Positions 8,929-17,861 of a DNA stretch of 64,000 nucleotides are shown here, piece after piece. Origin of the DNA: an uncultured Pseudomonadaceae bacterium. Its GTDB lineage: Bacteria > Pseudomonadota > Gammaproteobacteria > Pseudomonadales > Pseudomonadaceae. Below the pieces are notes generated by a model that saw only the letters and a program-made list of their open reading frames with translations, was not told the DNA's origin and ran no database searches. The stretch covers positions 3,454-67,453 of the forward strand of contig CALEGN010000311.1 in NCBI GenBank assembly GCA_937876625.1, written 5' to 3'. The position numbers and the translations under genes were made by a program. The number at the start of each line of letters is the position of its first letter. Positions within the stretch are counted from its first letter, which is position 1.

Positions 8929-10293
8929 ATGTCCCTTGATATCGTGATTCTGGCAGCGGGTCAGGGGACCCGCATGCGCTCTGCCTTGCCCAAGGTGCTG
9001 CACCCGGTTGCCGGCCAGCCCATGCTGGGCCATGTGATCAATACTGCCCGCCTGCTGCAGCCGCGCAGTATCCAGGTGGTTGTGGGGCATGGGGCAGAGC
9101 AGGTCCGGGCCATGCTGGAAGCTCCTGACCTGAGCTTTGTCCTCCAGGCCGAACAGCTGGGTACCGGCCACGCCCTGGCCCAGGCCCTGCCCGGACTGAC
9201 GGCAGGGCGGGTGCTGGTGCTCTATGGCGACGTGCCGCTGATTGAAGTGAATACCCTGCAGCGCCTGCTGGCGCAGGCCAGCGCGGAACAGCTGGCCCTG
9301 CTCACGGTGGAGCTGGCTGACCCGGCGGGCTACGGGCGGATTGTCCGCGACACCCGCGGCCAGGTACAGGCGATTGTCGAACACAAGGACGCCACACCCC
9401 GGCAGCAGCTGATCCGCGAGGGCAATACCGGCATCCTGGTCCTGCCTGGCGCCCGGCTGCCCGGCTGGCTGGGCCGGCTGTCCAACCACAATGCCCAGGG
9501 CGAGTACTACCTGACTGACGTCATTGCCATGGCCGTGGCCGAAGGTGTGCCAGTGGCCACCGCCATGCCCGAGGACGAGCAGGAAGTCCAGGGCGCCAAT
9601 GACCGCATCCAGCTGGCCGCACTGGAGCGCCATTACCAGCGCCGGGCCGCCCGCCGGCTGATGCTGCAGGGCGTCAGCCTGCGCGACCCGGAGCGCTTTG
9701 ACCTGCGCGGCGAAGTCACGGCAGGCCGGGATATACAGATCGACATCAATGTGATCCTCGAAGGCCGGGTAGTGCTGGAAGATGGCGTGGTGATCGGCCC
9801 CAACTGTGTGATCCGCAACAGTTACCTGCGCCGGGGCGCCGTGGTCCGGGCCAGCTCCTGCCTGGACGGTGCTGAACTGGGCGAAGGAGCCGACTGCGGG
9901 CCGTTCGCCCGGCTGCGGCCCGGCGCGGTACTGGAAGCAGCCGCCCATGTGGGCAATTTTGTCGAAGTCAAAAATACCCGGCTGGGAGCCGGGGCCAAGG
10001 CCGGGCACCTGGCCTATCTGGGGGATGCCGAGATCGGGCCGCGCAGCAATATCGGCGCCGGGACCATCACCTGCAACTATGACGGCGCCAGCAAGCACCC
10101 AACCCGGCTGGGCGAAGATGTGTTTATCGGCTCCAACAGCTCGCTGGTGGCACCGGTCAGTCTGGGCGACGGCGCCACCACGGCAGCCGGCTCGGTGATT
10201 ACCGACGATGTCCCGCCCGGACAGCTGGCGCTGGGCCGGGCCCGGCAGATCAACCGGGCCGGCTGGCAGCGACCGGTAAAACCGGAAAACTGA
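8929..10293 (+). CDS. glmU: Bifunctional GlcNAc-1-P uridyltransferase / GlcN-1-P acetyltransferase
   Basis: LAAGQGTRM nucleotidyltransferase motif, C-terminal left-handed beta-helix hexapeptide repeats, 454 aa. Confidence 0.97.
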   Translation: MSLDIVILAAGQGTRMRSALPKVLHPVAGQPMLGHVINTARLLQPRSIQVVVGHGAEQVRAMLEAPDLSFVLQAEQLGTGHALAQALPGLTAGRVLVLYGDVPLIEVNTLQRLLAQASAEQLALLTVELADPAGYGRIVRDTRGQVQAIVEHKDATPRQQLIREGNTGILVLPGARLPGWLGRLSNHNAQGEYYLTDVIAMAVAEGVPVATAMPEDEQEVQGANDRIQLAALERHYQRRAARRLMLQGVSLRDPERFDLRGEVTAGRDIQIDINVILEGRVVLEDGVVIGPNCVIRNSYLRRGAVVRASSCLDGAELGEGADCGPFARLRPGAVLEAAAHVGNFVEVKNTRLGAGAKAGHLAYLGDAEIGPRSNIGAGTITCNYDGASKHPTRLGEDVFIGSNSSLVAPVSLGDGATTAAGSVITDDVPPGQLALGRARQINRAGWQRPVKPEN

Positions 10294-10411
10294 GCGCTAT
10301 GGCCTGACAGAATAAATTGTTCAAAATCGTGCATTTAGCCCGGTATCTGGACGCCTTCTGCGGAGAAAACTAGAGTTCAGGCGTTATCCATCGCCCGTCA
10401 GGAACCCTGTC

Positions 10412-10978
10412 TTGAATACACCTGCTTCTCCGGCCGCACTGACTACCCCCGTGCTGGCCTTCTGCGCCAGCCTGTCTCCCGGCCAGACCCCGGTCTGGCT
10501 CCAGCCGGCCACGCTAACCCCTGCAGAGTCTGCGGAAGTCCGGGGCTGGCTGATCCGGGAACAGCCCGGCCTCTATCTGGAAGCGATTCCCCATGTGGCC
10601 CGGCACACCCCCGAAGGGCACTGGTCCGACCCGGAACCGCCCGTTACAGGCGGCCCACGCCTGTTTCTGCCCGGCGATGGCCAGAAGATCGCACTGGTCC
10701 GCCGGGCCCTGGTGGACAGTCCGGTGATTAACGATCTGCTGCGCCTCTACCAGGCTGAAGCCCGGTTTGGTCTGGCTCCCCTGCAGGGTGCCCGGGAACA
10801 ACTGTTCTACGCGGCCAAAGAAGCCCGCACCCTGCTGGAAAGCCTGGCCAGCTCCGGACTGAACCGGGCCAGGACCTGCCCCTGCGGCAGCGGCGAGCGT
10901 TACCGCCACTGCCATGAACCGCTGATTGCCGAACTGCTGCGGATGCTGGAGGCCGGAGAGGCTGATCCAGCGACTTGA
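10412..10978 (+). CDS. SEC-C motif-containing hypothetical protein
   Basis: C-terminal CPCGSGERYRHCH metal-binding SEC-C motif. TTG start as given by the track, so the start is uncertain. Confidence 0.6.
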   Translation: MNTPASPAALTTPVLAFCASLSPGQTPVWLQPATLTPAESAEVRGWLIREQPGLYLEAIPHVARHTPEGHWSDPEPPVTGGPRLFLPGDGQKIALVRRALVDSPVINDLLRLYQAEARFGLAPLQGAREQLFYAAKEARTLLESLASSGLNRARTCPCGSGERYRHCHEPLIAELLRMLEAGEADPAT

Positions 10979-11035
10979 CAGGCATTGTCCTTCAGGTTCT
11001 GATTCGTAACCTGAAAATTTCGGATCGAAACCCGA

Positions 11036-11791
11036 ATGGGCAAGCACAACACGGCCGGGCGCCACCAGCAGATTCTGGAACTGCTCCAGCAGCAGGGTGA
11101 AGTCCGGGTGGATGAGCTGGCCGGCTACTTCCACCTGTCCAGCGTCACCATCCGCAAGGATCTGGATGTCTTGGAGCGCGCTGGCCAGCTGGTTCGGCGC
11201 CATGGCGGAGCCATTCTGGCCAGCACCCGCCGCCGCCCGGCCCTGTCGCCCTACAAACAGGCGATTGCCCGGGAGGCCCTGCGCCTGGTCCGGCCACGCA
11301 GCCGGATCATCCTCGACAGCGGCCATACCACCGCCGCCATGCTGCCCGGCCTGGGCCAGATGCCCGGCCTGGTCGTGATGACCAATGCCCTGAGCGTGGC
11401 CAATGCCCTGAGCAGCCCGGAACAGGGCCCCACCCTGCTGATGTCTGGGGGCACCTGGGACCCGCAGTCCGCCTCTTTCCAGGGGCAGCAGGCCGAGCAG
11501 GCCCTGCGCGCCTATGACTTCGACCAGCTGTTTACCGGCGCGGACGGCATCGACCCGCAACGCGGAACCACCAGTTTTAGCGAGCTGCTGGGGCTGTCCC
11601 GGGTGATGGCTGAGGTGGCCCGGGAAGTGGTAGTGCTGGCCGAAGCCGACAAGGTTGGCCGGCGCATGCCCAACCTGGAGCTGCCCTGGCCGCAGGTACA
11701 GATCCTGATTACCGATTCACGCCTGCCAGACAGGGAACGTGCCGGCCTCGAGGCCCATGGCATCCGGCTGATCTGTGCAATCCCTGACTAA
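11036..11791 (+). CDS. glmR: DeoR-family transcriptional regulator (GlmR-like by position)
   Basis: DeoR HTH (RHQQILELLQQQGEVRVDELAGYFHLSSVTIRKDLDVLE) plus a DeoR C-terminal sensor domain. It sits between glmU and glmS as in Pseudomonas. Confidence 0.8.
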   Translation: MGKHNTAGRHQQILELLQQQGEVRVDELAGYFHLSSVTIRKDLDVLERAGQLVRRHGGAILASTRRRPALSPYKQAIAREALRLVRPRSRIILDSGHTTAAMLPGLGQMPGLVVMTNALSVANALSSPEQGPTLLMSGGTWDPQSASFQGQQAEQALRAYDFDQLFTGADGIDPQRGTTSFSELLGLSRVMAEVAREVVVLAEADKVGRRMPNLELPWPQVQILITDSRLPDRERAGLEAHGIRLICAIPD

Positions 11792-11806
11792 CCGAGGAGA
11801 ACAGCC

Positions 11807-13639
11807 ATGTGCGGCATTGTAGGCGCCATCGCCGAGCGCAATATCAGCCCGGTCCTGCTGGAGGGCCTGAAACGTCTGGAATACCGGGGCTACGACAGCG
11901 CCGGCCTGGCCCTGCTGGATGAGCAGCACCCGCTGCAGCGGCTGCGCCGGGTTGGCAAGGTGGCTGCGCTGGAGCAGGCCCTGCAGGATGCCGGGCTGAC
12001 CGGCCGGCTGGGTATTGCCCACACCCGCTGGGCCACCCACGGAGCCCCCAGCGAACGCAACGCCCACCCGCACTTTTCCGGCGACGTGGCCGTAGTGCAT
12101 AACGGCATCATTGAAAATTATGAGGTCCTGCGCGAACAGCTGCAGGCACGGGGCTATGAATTCCAGTCCCAGACAGACACCGAAGTGATTGCCCACCTGC
12201 TGCATCACCGGCTCCAGGCCATTCCCGACCTGACCCGGGCCCTGCAGGCCACGGTCAGCGAGCTGCAGGGCAGCTACGGTGTGGCGGTCATCTGCGGCCG
12301 CTTTCCCGACCGGCTGGTGGCCGCACGCAGTGGCAGCCCGCTGGTGATTGGCCTGGGCCTTGGCGAAAATTTTATTGCCTCCGACCAGCTCGCCCTGCGC
12401 CAGGTCACTGACCGCTTTATCTACCTGGAAGAAGGCGACATTGCAGAAATCCGCCGCGACCAGCTGCAGATCCTTGATCGCCACGGCCAGCCGGTGCAGC
12501 GGGAGATCCTGCAGTATCACGAAGGCGCCGAAGCGGCGGATAAAGGCGAATACCGCCACTTTATGCTCAAGGAAATTCACGAACAGCCCGGCGTGGTCCA
12601 GGCTACCCTGGAAGGCCGGCTGGGTCAGGAAAACGTCCGGCCAGAAGCCTTTGGCCCGGAGGCCACCGCCCTGTTTCACCGGGTAAAAAACGTGCAGATC
12701 GTGGCCTGCGGTACCAGTTTCCATGCTGGCCTGATTGCCCGCTACTGGCTGGAAGCCCTGGCCGGAGTAGCCTGTCAGGTCGAGGTGGCCAGCGAATTCC
12801 GTTACCGGCCGGTGGTGGTCCAGCCCGGGACCCTGTTTGTCAGCATCTCCCAGTCCGGCGAGACCGCCGACACCCTGGCCGCCCTGCGCAATGCCCGGAA
12901 TATGGGTTATCTGGGCAGCCTGGCCATCTGCAACGTGGCCACCAGCTCACTGGTCCGCGAATCGGACCTGACCCTGCTGACCCGGGCTGGCCCGGAAATT
13001 GGCGTGGCGTCCACCAAAGCCTTTACCACCCAGCTGGTGGCACTGCTGCTGCTGACCCTGGCCCTCGGGCAGGTACGCGGCTGCCTGGCCGCCGGGCTGG
13101 AAGCCCGGCTGGTGCGCGACCTGCGTCGCCTGCCTGCCCGGCTGGAGGAGGCGCTGGCAGTGGATGCCGCGGTCGAACAGGTGGCTGAATCCTTCGCCGA
13201 CCGCCACCACACCCTGTTCCTTGGCCGGGGCACCCTGTATCCGGTGGCCATGGAAGGCGCACTGAAACTCAAGGAGATTTCCTATATCCATGCCGAAGCC
13301 TATCCGGCCGGTGAACTCAAGCATGGACCGCTGGCGCTGGTGGACAGTGACATGCCGGTCGTCACCGTGGCCCCCAGCAACGAGCTGCTGGAAAAGCTGA
13401 AGTCCAACCTGCAGGAAGTCCGGGCCAGAGGCGGCGAGCTGACTGTTTTTGCCGACGGCCAGAGCGGCCTCAGCAACGGCGAAGGCACCCGGCTGGTCAA
13501 TATGCCCTCCATCTGCGACACCCTGGCCCCGATCCTGTACACCATCCCCCTGCAGCTGCTGGCCTACCATGTGGCCGTACTCAAGGGCACCGACGTGGAC
13601 CAGCCCCGTAACCTGGCCAAGTCCGTTACGGTGGAATAG
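11807..13639 (+). CDS. glmS: Glutamine--fructose-6-phosphate aminotransferase
   Basis: MCGIVGA N-terminal Cys nucleophile, two SIS domains, canonical C-terminus LAKSVTVE, 610 aa. Confidence 0.98.
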   Translation: MCGIVGAIAERNISPVLLEGLKRLEYRGYDSAGLALLDEQHPLQRLRRVGKVAALEQALQDAGLTGRLGIAHTRWATHGAPSERNAHPHFSGDVAVVHNGIIENYEVLREQLQARGYEFQSQTDTEVIAHLLHHRLQAIPDLTRALQATVSELQGSYGVAVICGRFPDRLVAARSGSPLVIGLGLGENFIASDQLALRQVTDRFIYLEEGDIAEIRRDQLQILDRHGQPVQREILQYHEGAEAADKGEYRHFMLKEIHEQPGVVQATLEGRLGQENVRPEAFGPEATALFHRVKNVQIVACGTSFHAGLIARYWLEALAGVACQVEVASEFRYRPVVVQPGTLFVSISQSGETADTLAALRNARNMGYLGSLAICNVATSSLVRESDLTLLTRAGPEIGVASTKAFTTQLVALLLLTLALGQVRGCLAAGLEARLVRDLRRLPARLEEALAVDAAVEQVAESFADRHHTLFLGRGTLYPVAMEGALKLKEISYIHAEAYPAGELKHGPLALVDSDMPVVTVAPSNELLEKLKSNLQEVRARGGELTVFADGQSGLSNGEGTRLVNMPSICDTLAPILYTIPLQLLAYHVAVLKGTDVDQPRNLAKSVTVE

Positions 13640-13663
13640 CGGAACGGGGTTCTACCCCGCACT

Positions 13664-13730
13664 TGTGGGATGTAAATAAAGATTCATCCGTTTAAATAAA
13701 GTGTCATCCTTACAAATAAAGTTTCATCCT
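13664..13730 (+). repeat. Tn7-type right end: terminal TGTGGGATG plus three 20-bp-phased TnsB-site repeats
   Basis: AAATAAAG-N-TCATCC occurs at 13674, 13694 and 13714 (gtAAATAAAGatTCATCC, ttAAATAAAGtgTCATCC, acAAATAAAGttTCATCC). Closely packed sites are typical of a Tn7R-type end. Confidence 0.85.
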
Positions 13731-13783
13731 TAGCCTGTATCCGCTATGTTGAGGTCATCGACACAGGGGGTGCAGGCTTTCTC

Positions 13784-14010
13784 ATGTCTGGAACATTCAA
13801 AGGGCTGACCCAGGCCCAGATCGATAGAAGGCTCAAGGACGGGCGTGGCCAAGGCCAGGGACCGGACTACAAGCCGTTCATCTACACCAGGGACGTATCC
13901 TCGTTGGGGCGTTCCCACCGCCTGCCTGGCAGCAAGACCCGGCGTTTACACCATCTTCTATCTGATTTGGAACTGGCCATCTTCCTGACCTTGGATCGGT
14001 CTGCCCATGT
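13784..14010 (+). pseudogene. tnsA: tnsA 5' fragment (interrupted by nested element)
   Basis: MSGTFKGLTQAQIDRRLKDGRGQGQGPDYKP...GRSHR...HHLLSDLELAIFLTLDRSAHV parallels Tn7 TnsA (...ARRIKEGRGQGHGKDY...GRSHR...HHLLSDLELAVFLSLEW...). The frame then runs into the inserted end and stops (VGCK*). Confidence 0.9.
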
Positions 14011-14287
14011 TGTGGGATGCAAATAAAGTCTCATCCTACTTTCCGTGAACACCGCGCCGGGCCTGCTGATATGCTGATCAGGAGGCCCGCTGCCCACTCT
14101 CTCAGGATCGACCTCGATCCCCGCCCAATCCTGACAGAGAGCCCCTATGGCTACCCGCCGAGCTGCTTCCCTTCGCCCCAGACAATTCCGCCACCTGATC
14201 CGCGTTGCCTCCGTAACCGGGCGTATGCCCGAGCGAGACGTGATGGAGACGATCCGCAGGGCGTTCGAGTTGGCTCTTTAATCTTTA

Positions 14288-14347
14288 GCATATGGCTTGC
14301 ATATGCCCTTGCATGCAGCTACATTGTGCATATGTCGAACATATGCC
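14288..14347. promoter_or_regulatory. Candidate vapBC promoter/operator with reiterated GCATATG / CATATGC motifs
   Basis: GCATATG at 14288, 14299 (as the palindrome GCATATGC) and 14328, plus the inverted copy CATATGC at 14340. All lie within 75 nt upstream of the vapB ATG. Confidence 0.35.
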
Positions 14348-14360
14348 GGAGTCGCAAGTA

Positions 14361-14591
14361 ATGCGTACCGTCTCTATCTTCAAAAACGGCAAGAATCAGG
14401 CCGTTCGCTTGCCCGCCGACATGGCCTACGAGGGTGTTGGTGAGCTTGAGATTTCACGGGAAGGCGACGTGATCACGCTGCGCCCTGCGCGGCCATCCTG
14501 GGCGTCTTTTGCTGAGCTGCCGAAGGCTGATCCTGACTTCCTGCAAGAGCGTCCCCCCGTGGTTGGTGATGAAGGCAGGTTCAGTCTGTGA
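14361..14591 (+). CDS. vapB: VapB antitoxin (AbrB/SpoVT-type)
   Basis: MRTVSIFKNGKNQAVRLPADMAYEGVGELEISREGDVITLRP is a typical SpoVT/AbrB swapped-hairpin antitoxin N-terminus. GTGA overlap with vapC. Confidence 0.85.
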   Translation: MRTVSIFKNGKNQAVRLPADMAYEGVGELEISREGDVITLRPARPSWASFAELPKADPDFLQERPPVVGDEGRFSL

Positions 14592-14998
14592 TCACCTACA
14601 TGCTTGATACCTGCATCTGCTCTTTCATCATGCGAGAGCACCCGGCCTCAGTAATCCAACGCCTTACAGCAGAAGTTGAGCAGGGCAACCGAATTGTGAT
14701 TTCGGCCATCACCTACGCCGAAATGCGTTATGGGCAGATCGGCAAAAAGGCATCGATCAAGCATAAGACGCTGGTGGATGAGTTTGTGAAGCGCCTGGAT
14801 GCTGTGCTGCCATGGGATCAGAGGGCTGTCGATGCCACCGTCGAGGTCATGCGCTTGCTGGTCAAGGCTGGCACGCCGATTGGCCCTAACGACACCGCTA
14901 TTGCAGGGCATGCAGTGGCTATTGGCTGCACGCTTGTGACCAACAACGTGCGTGAATTTGGCCGTGTTCCTGGCCTGATTTACGAAGACTGGGTTTAA
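14588..14998 (+). CDS. vapC: VapC PIN-domain toxin
   Basis: MLDTCICSFIM..., ...ISAITYAEMRYG..., ...NDTAIAGHA..., ...LVTNNVREF: PIN acidic residues in a VapC arrangement, 136 aa. Confidence 0.9.
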   Translation: MITYMLDTCICSFIMREHPASVIQRLTAEVEQGNRIVISAITYAEMRYGQIGKKASIKHKTLVDEFVKRLDAVLPWDQRAVDATVEVMRLLVKAGTPIGPNDTAIAGHAVAIGCTLVTNNVREFGRVPGLIYEDWV

Positions 14999-15181
14999 GA
15001 GGAAAACCTCGATGAAGCTCGAAAAGATGACACTTTATTTGTATGTCAACTGGCGAGCCTGCCGTCCTGAGCACACTCACCTAGCATTAGGATGAGACTT
15101 TAGGTGCAGATTGAGGTGTAAGGCTCCCAGCCAGCCCAGCAAACTCATTCGCACCGGATGCAACTTTATTTGCATCCCACA

Positions 15182-15787
15182 CATGTCACCGATATCCGTG
15201 AACAGTTCCCGATGCGGGTCGAAGATACGATGCGCATCGCCGAGGAGCTTGGCCTGCCCCACGGGCGTTACAAAGGCACTCCGCAGGTACTGACCAGCGA
15301 CTTTCTGGTGGATTTCGAAGATCCCCAGCGTCCGAACATCGCGATTCAGGCCAAGTACAGTGCCGACCTGCAGAAGCCTGAAGTCATCGAAAGGCTTGAA
15401 CTTGAGAGGCGTTACTGGCAGGAAAAAGGTATTCCATGGGTCATCGTCACGGAGCGTGAGGTATCCAAGGTGGCATTTGCCAATATCCAATGGCTCTATC
15501 CTGCCCATGCTGAAGACGATATCGCTCTGGACGATCTCGCCCATTACCAGCAGCTGTTTCTGCTCGAGTTTCAGCGTCACCCAGATCGGAAGCTGACCGC
15601 TATTGCCCAAGGACTGGATACCTCCGGCCAGCTGGAGGCCGGTCAGGCGCTCTATTGGCTACGCCAGTTGCTGGCCCGGCACTGTTTCCTTTTCGATCTA
15701 GACATCCATTACCGAGAGCTGAAGCCGAAAGACCTGGTTGCCAACGCTCATCAAATGCATCAGGAGCTGAGCAGTGCTTCCCGTTAA
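15182..15787 (+). pseudogene. tnsA: tnsA 3' fragment
   Basis: HVTDIREQFP...TSDFLVDFED...AIQAKYSADLQKPEVIERLELERRYWQEKGIPWVIVTE parallels Tn7 TnsA (LDIREQFPL...STDFLVDCKD...AIQVKP...LEKLELERRYWQQKQIPWFIFTD). It continues directly from the 5' fragment once the insert is removed. Confidence 0.9.
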
Positions 15788-17861
15788 TCAGGTGTTCCGG
15801 ATAGGAGAACTGCGAAAGCGCCTGCTGTGGTCCGGCACCGAGCAGGCCATCTGGATCGATATCGATTCGGACACGGCGTTGCCCGAGCCGATATCGGTTG
15901 CAGAGCTGGAGCGTCTGCTCATGGAGCGGGAGCTGGAGAGCATTGTCGATCCCTTCGAGGAGACAGTCCTACGGGAGGCTGTGGAAGATTCTCTTGATCA
16001 GCAGAAGCGTGATGAGGCTTGGGCAATGGTGGCGGATTTTGTGCACGATCCCCAGCTTTTCGTGCGGCGTCCCAGAGGACTCATTGTCAGAGGCATCATG
16101 GAGCGCCATGGTGTTACCAAGCAGACGGTGTATAGGTTACTGAGGCGCTACTGGCAGCGAGGCATGTGCAGGAACGCCCTCTTGCCGGACTATGTCAACT
16201 CGGGCGCCCGTGGCAAGCGCAGAAAGCCGAGCCAGGCCAAGCTGGGCAGGCCCCGAGTGGTGATGGAGGGGAAAGGGAGCAATGTCACGCCGGACATCGA
16301 GCGCATTTTTCGTCGGGTCATCGAGGAGCGCTTGCTCAAGGAAAAACATCCGTCCATTCCGGATGCCTACGCCTCCGGGCTGAACCTGCTCCGTGCTGTT
16401 CTGTCGCAACTACCGACCTCAGAACTGCCTACATTGGGGCAGTTCCGTTACTTCTATGGGCGCGAGTATCACTTCACCGACACCTTGCCATGCAGGGTGT
16501 CCGCAGTGGATTTTGCCAAGGACTTCCGGCCGCTCAGCAGCACATCAACGACCGAGGCACTTGGGCCTGGATACCGCTACCAGATAGATGCCACCATCGC
16601 CGATATCTATCTGGTTTCAGAACATGATCGCAGCCTTATCGTCGGCAGGCCTGTCGTTTACATGGTGATCGACGTGTTCAGCCGCATGGTCGTTGGCATG
16701 TACGTCGGATTCGAGGGGCCTTCCTGGGTCAGTGCCATGGTGGCATTGGCCAACACGGTCGCCGACAAGGTTGAGTATTGCCGCCAGTATGGCGTGGAGA
16801 TCGATGCCAGCGACTGGCCGGTCAAAGGCTTGCCGGATGTGGTGCTGGCCGATAAGGGCGAACTGAATGGCACCAAGGTGGAAGCATTTTCCCAAGCCTT
16901 CGGCGTTCGCATCGAGAATGCACCGGCCAAGCGAGGAGATGCCAAGGGGATCGTCGAGCGTTATTTCCGGACGGTGCAGGAGCGTTTCAAACCCTATGCC
17001 AGCGGAGTGGTCGAGGACACTACCAGCCGGAAGCGGGGTGGCCACGACTACAGGCTTGATGCCAGCCTGACCTTGCCTGAATTTACCCAGATCATCATCG
17101 CCGGCATCCTCCACCACAACAACTTTCACACCTTGAGCAAATACGACAGGACCTCTGGTATGCCGGGCGATCTGCCAGCCATTCCGGTCATGCTGTGGAA
17201 CTGGGGCTTGGCTAACCTGACCGGTCGGCTACGTACTGCGCCCGAGGAGCTAGTGCGGATCAATCTTTTGCCCCATGAGTCGGCCACGGTTTCGGAACTG
17301 GGAATCAGGCTGTTCGGCTGCTTCTACAGCTGTCAGGAAGCAATCAGGGAGGGGTGGTTCCACCGAGGTCAGGGGCGCCGGCCTACAGGGGTAACGGTCG
17401 CATACGATCCGCGTAGCGCCGACCACATCTACCTGCGGCCGTCCAATAGCCTCAAGGACTACTGGGTTTGCGATCTTGCCGATCGTAGTCGGCGCTTCAG
17501 GGGGATGACCTTCTGGGATGTCTGGCTGCTGTCCAGAGAGGAACGACGTAGCGATACCAAGGCAGCTGCACAAGCTTTGGTAGAGAAGGGTAATCTTCTG
17601 AAGCAGATCGAGTCCATCATTGCCCAGGCAGAGGATGCAAGTCCGGTAAAAACGGGTATGACCAAGAAGGATCTGGGAACCCAGATCCGCGAGAACAAGC
17701 AGCAGGAAAAGCGCCAGGAACGCCAGAAAACAGCATTCAAACCGGAGAAAATACAGCAGGAAAAGCCGGCGGAGGTGATCCCATTGCGGGGAGAGAAGCA
17801 GGAAGACTATGCCTTCCCGGGTCTTAGCGACCTGATATTCAAGGAGGAAGAGGATGACTGA
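15774..17861 (+). CDS. tnsB: Tn7 transposase TnsB (DDE, Mu/retroviral-integrase superfamily)
   Basis: VTKQTVYRLLRRYWQRGMCRNALLPDY, YQIDATIADIYLV, VIDVFSRM, LADKGEL, RGDAKGIVERYFRT. Collinear with Tn7 TnsB. GTG start at 15774 overlaps the tnsA end; exact start uncertain. Confidence 0.95.
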   Translation: MLPVNQVFRIGELRKRLLWSGTEQAIWIDIDSDTALPEPISVAELERLLMERELESIVDPFEETVLREAVEDSLDQQKRDEAWAMVADFVHDPQLFVRRPRGLIVRGIMERHGVTKQTVYRLLRRYWQRGMCRNALLPDYVNSGARGKRRKPSQAKLGRPRVVMEGKGSNVTPDIERIFRRVIEERLLKEKHPSIPDAYASGLNLLRAVLSQLPTSELPTLGQFRYFYGREYHFTDTLPCRVSAVDFAKDFRPLSSTSTTEALGPGYRYQIDATIADIYLVSEHDRSLIVGRPVVYMVIDVFSRMVVGMYVGFEGPSWVSAMVALANTVADKVEYCRQYGVEIDASDWPVKGLPDVVLADKGELNGTKVEAFSQAFGVRIENAPAKRGDAKGIVERYFRTVQERFKPYASGVVEDTTSRKRGGHDYRLDASLTLPEFTQIIIAGILHHNNFHTLSKYDRTSGMPGDLPAIPVMLWNWGLANLTGRLRTAPEELVRINLLPHESATVSELGIRLFGCFYSCQEAIREGWFHRGQGRRPTGVTVAYDPRSADHIYLRPSNSLKDYWVCDLADRSRRFRGMTFWDVWLLSREERRSDTKAAAQALVEKGNLLKQIESIIAQAEDASPVKTGMTKKDLGTQIRENKQQEKRQERQKTAFKPEKIQQEKPAEVIPLRGEKQEDYAFPGLSDLIFKEEEDD

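Larger units (their letters stand above)
14011..15181. mobile_element. Nested non-autonomous mini Tn7-like element carrying vapBC (1171 bp)
   Basis: Inverted termini TGTGGGATGCAAATAAAGTCTCATCC (14011-) and GGATGCAACTTTATTTGCATCCCACA (-15181). Additional TnsB-site-like copies at 15026-15043 and 15089-15106. Direct 5-bp repeat CATGT at 14006-14010 and 15182-15186. Removing the element plus one CATGT copy restores tnsA in frame. Confidence 0.88.

Noticed and set aside
13672-13729. Regularly spaced (20-bp period) direct repeats that could superficially suggest a tiny CRISPR-like array.
   Set aside because: There are only three units with no unique spacers. They sit directly at a TGTGGGATG transposon terminus and match the inverted copies at the other end, so they are TnsB-binding sites.
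14017-14361. 114-aa ORF inside the mini element, and a 44-codon ORF at 14147-14281 (MATRRAASLRPRQFRHLIRVASVTGRMPERDVMETIRRAFELAL) with a faint ribbon-helix-helix flavour.
   Set aside because: The 114-aa ORF starts inside the transposon terminus and has an implausible Pro/Arg-rich sequence. The 44-aa ORF has only a weak SD sequence, and I cannot support a family assignment without a profile search. It might be a gene remnant.
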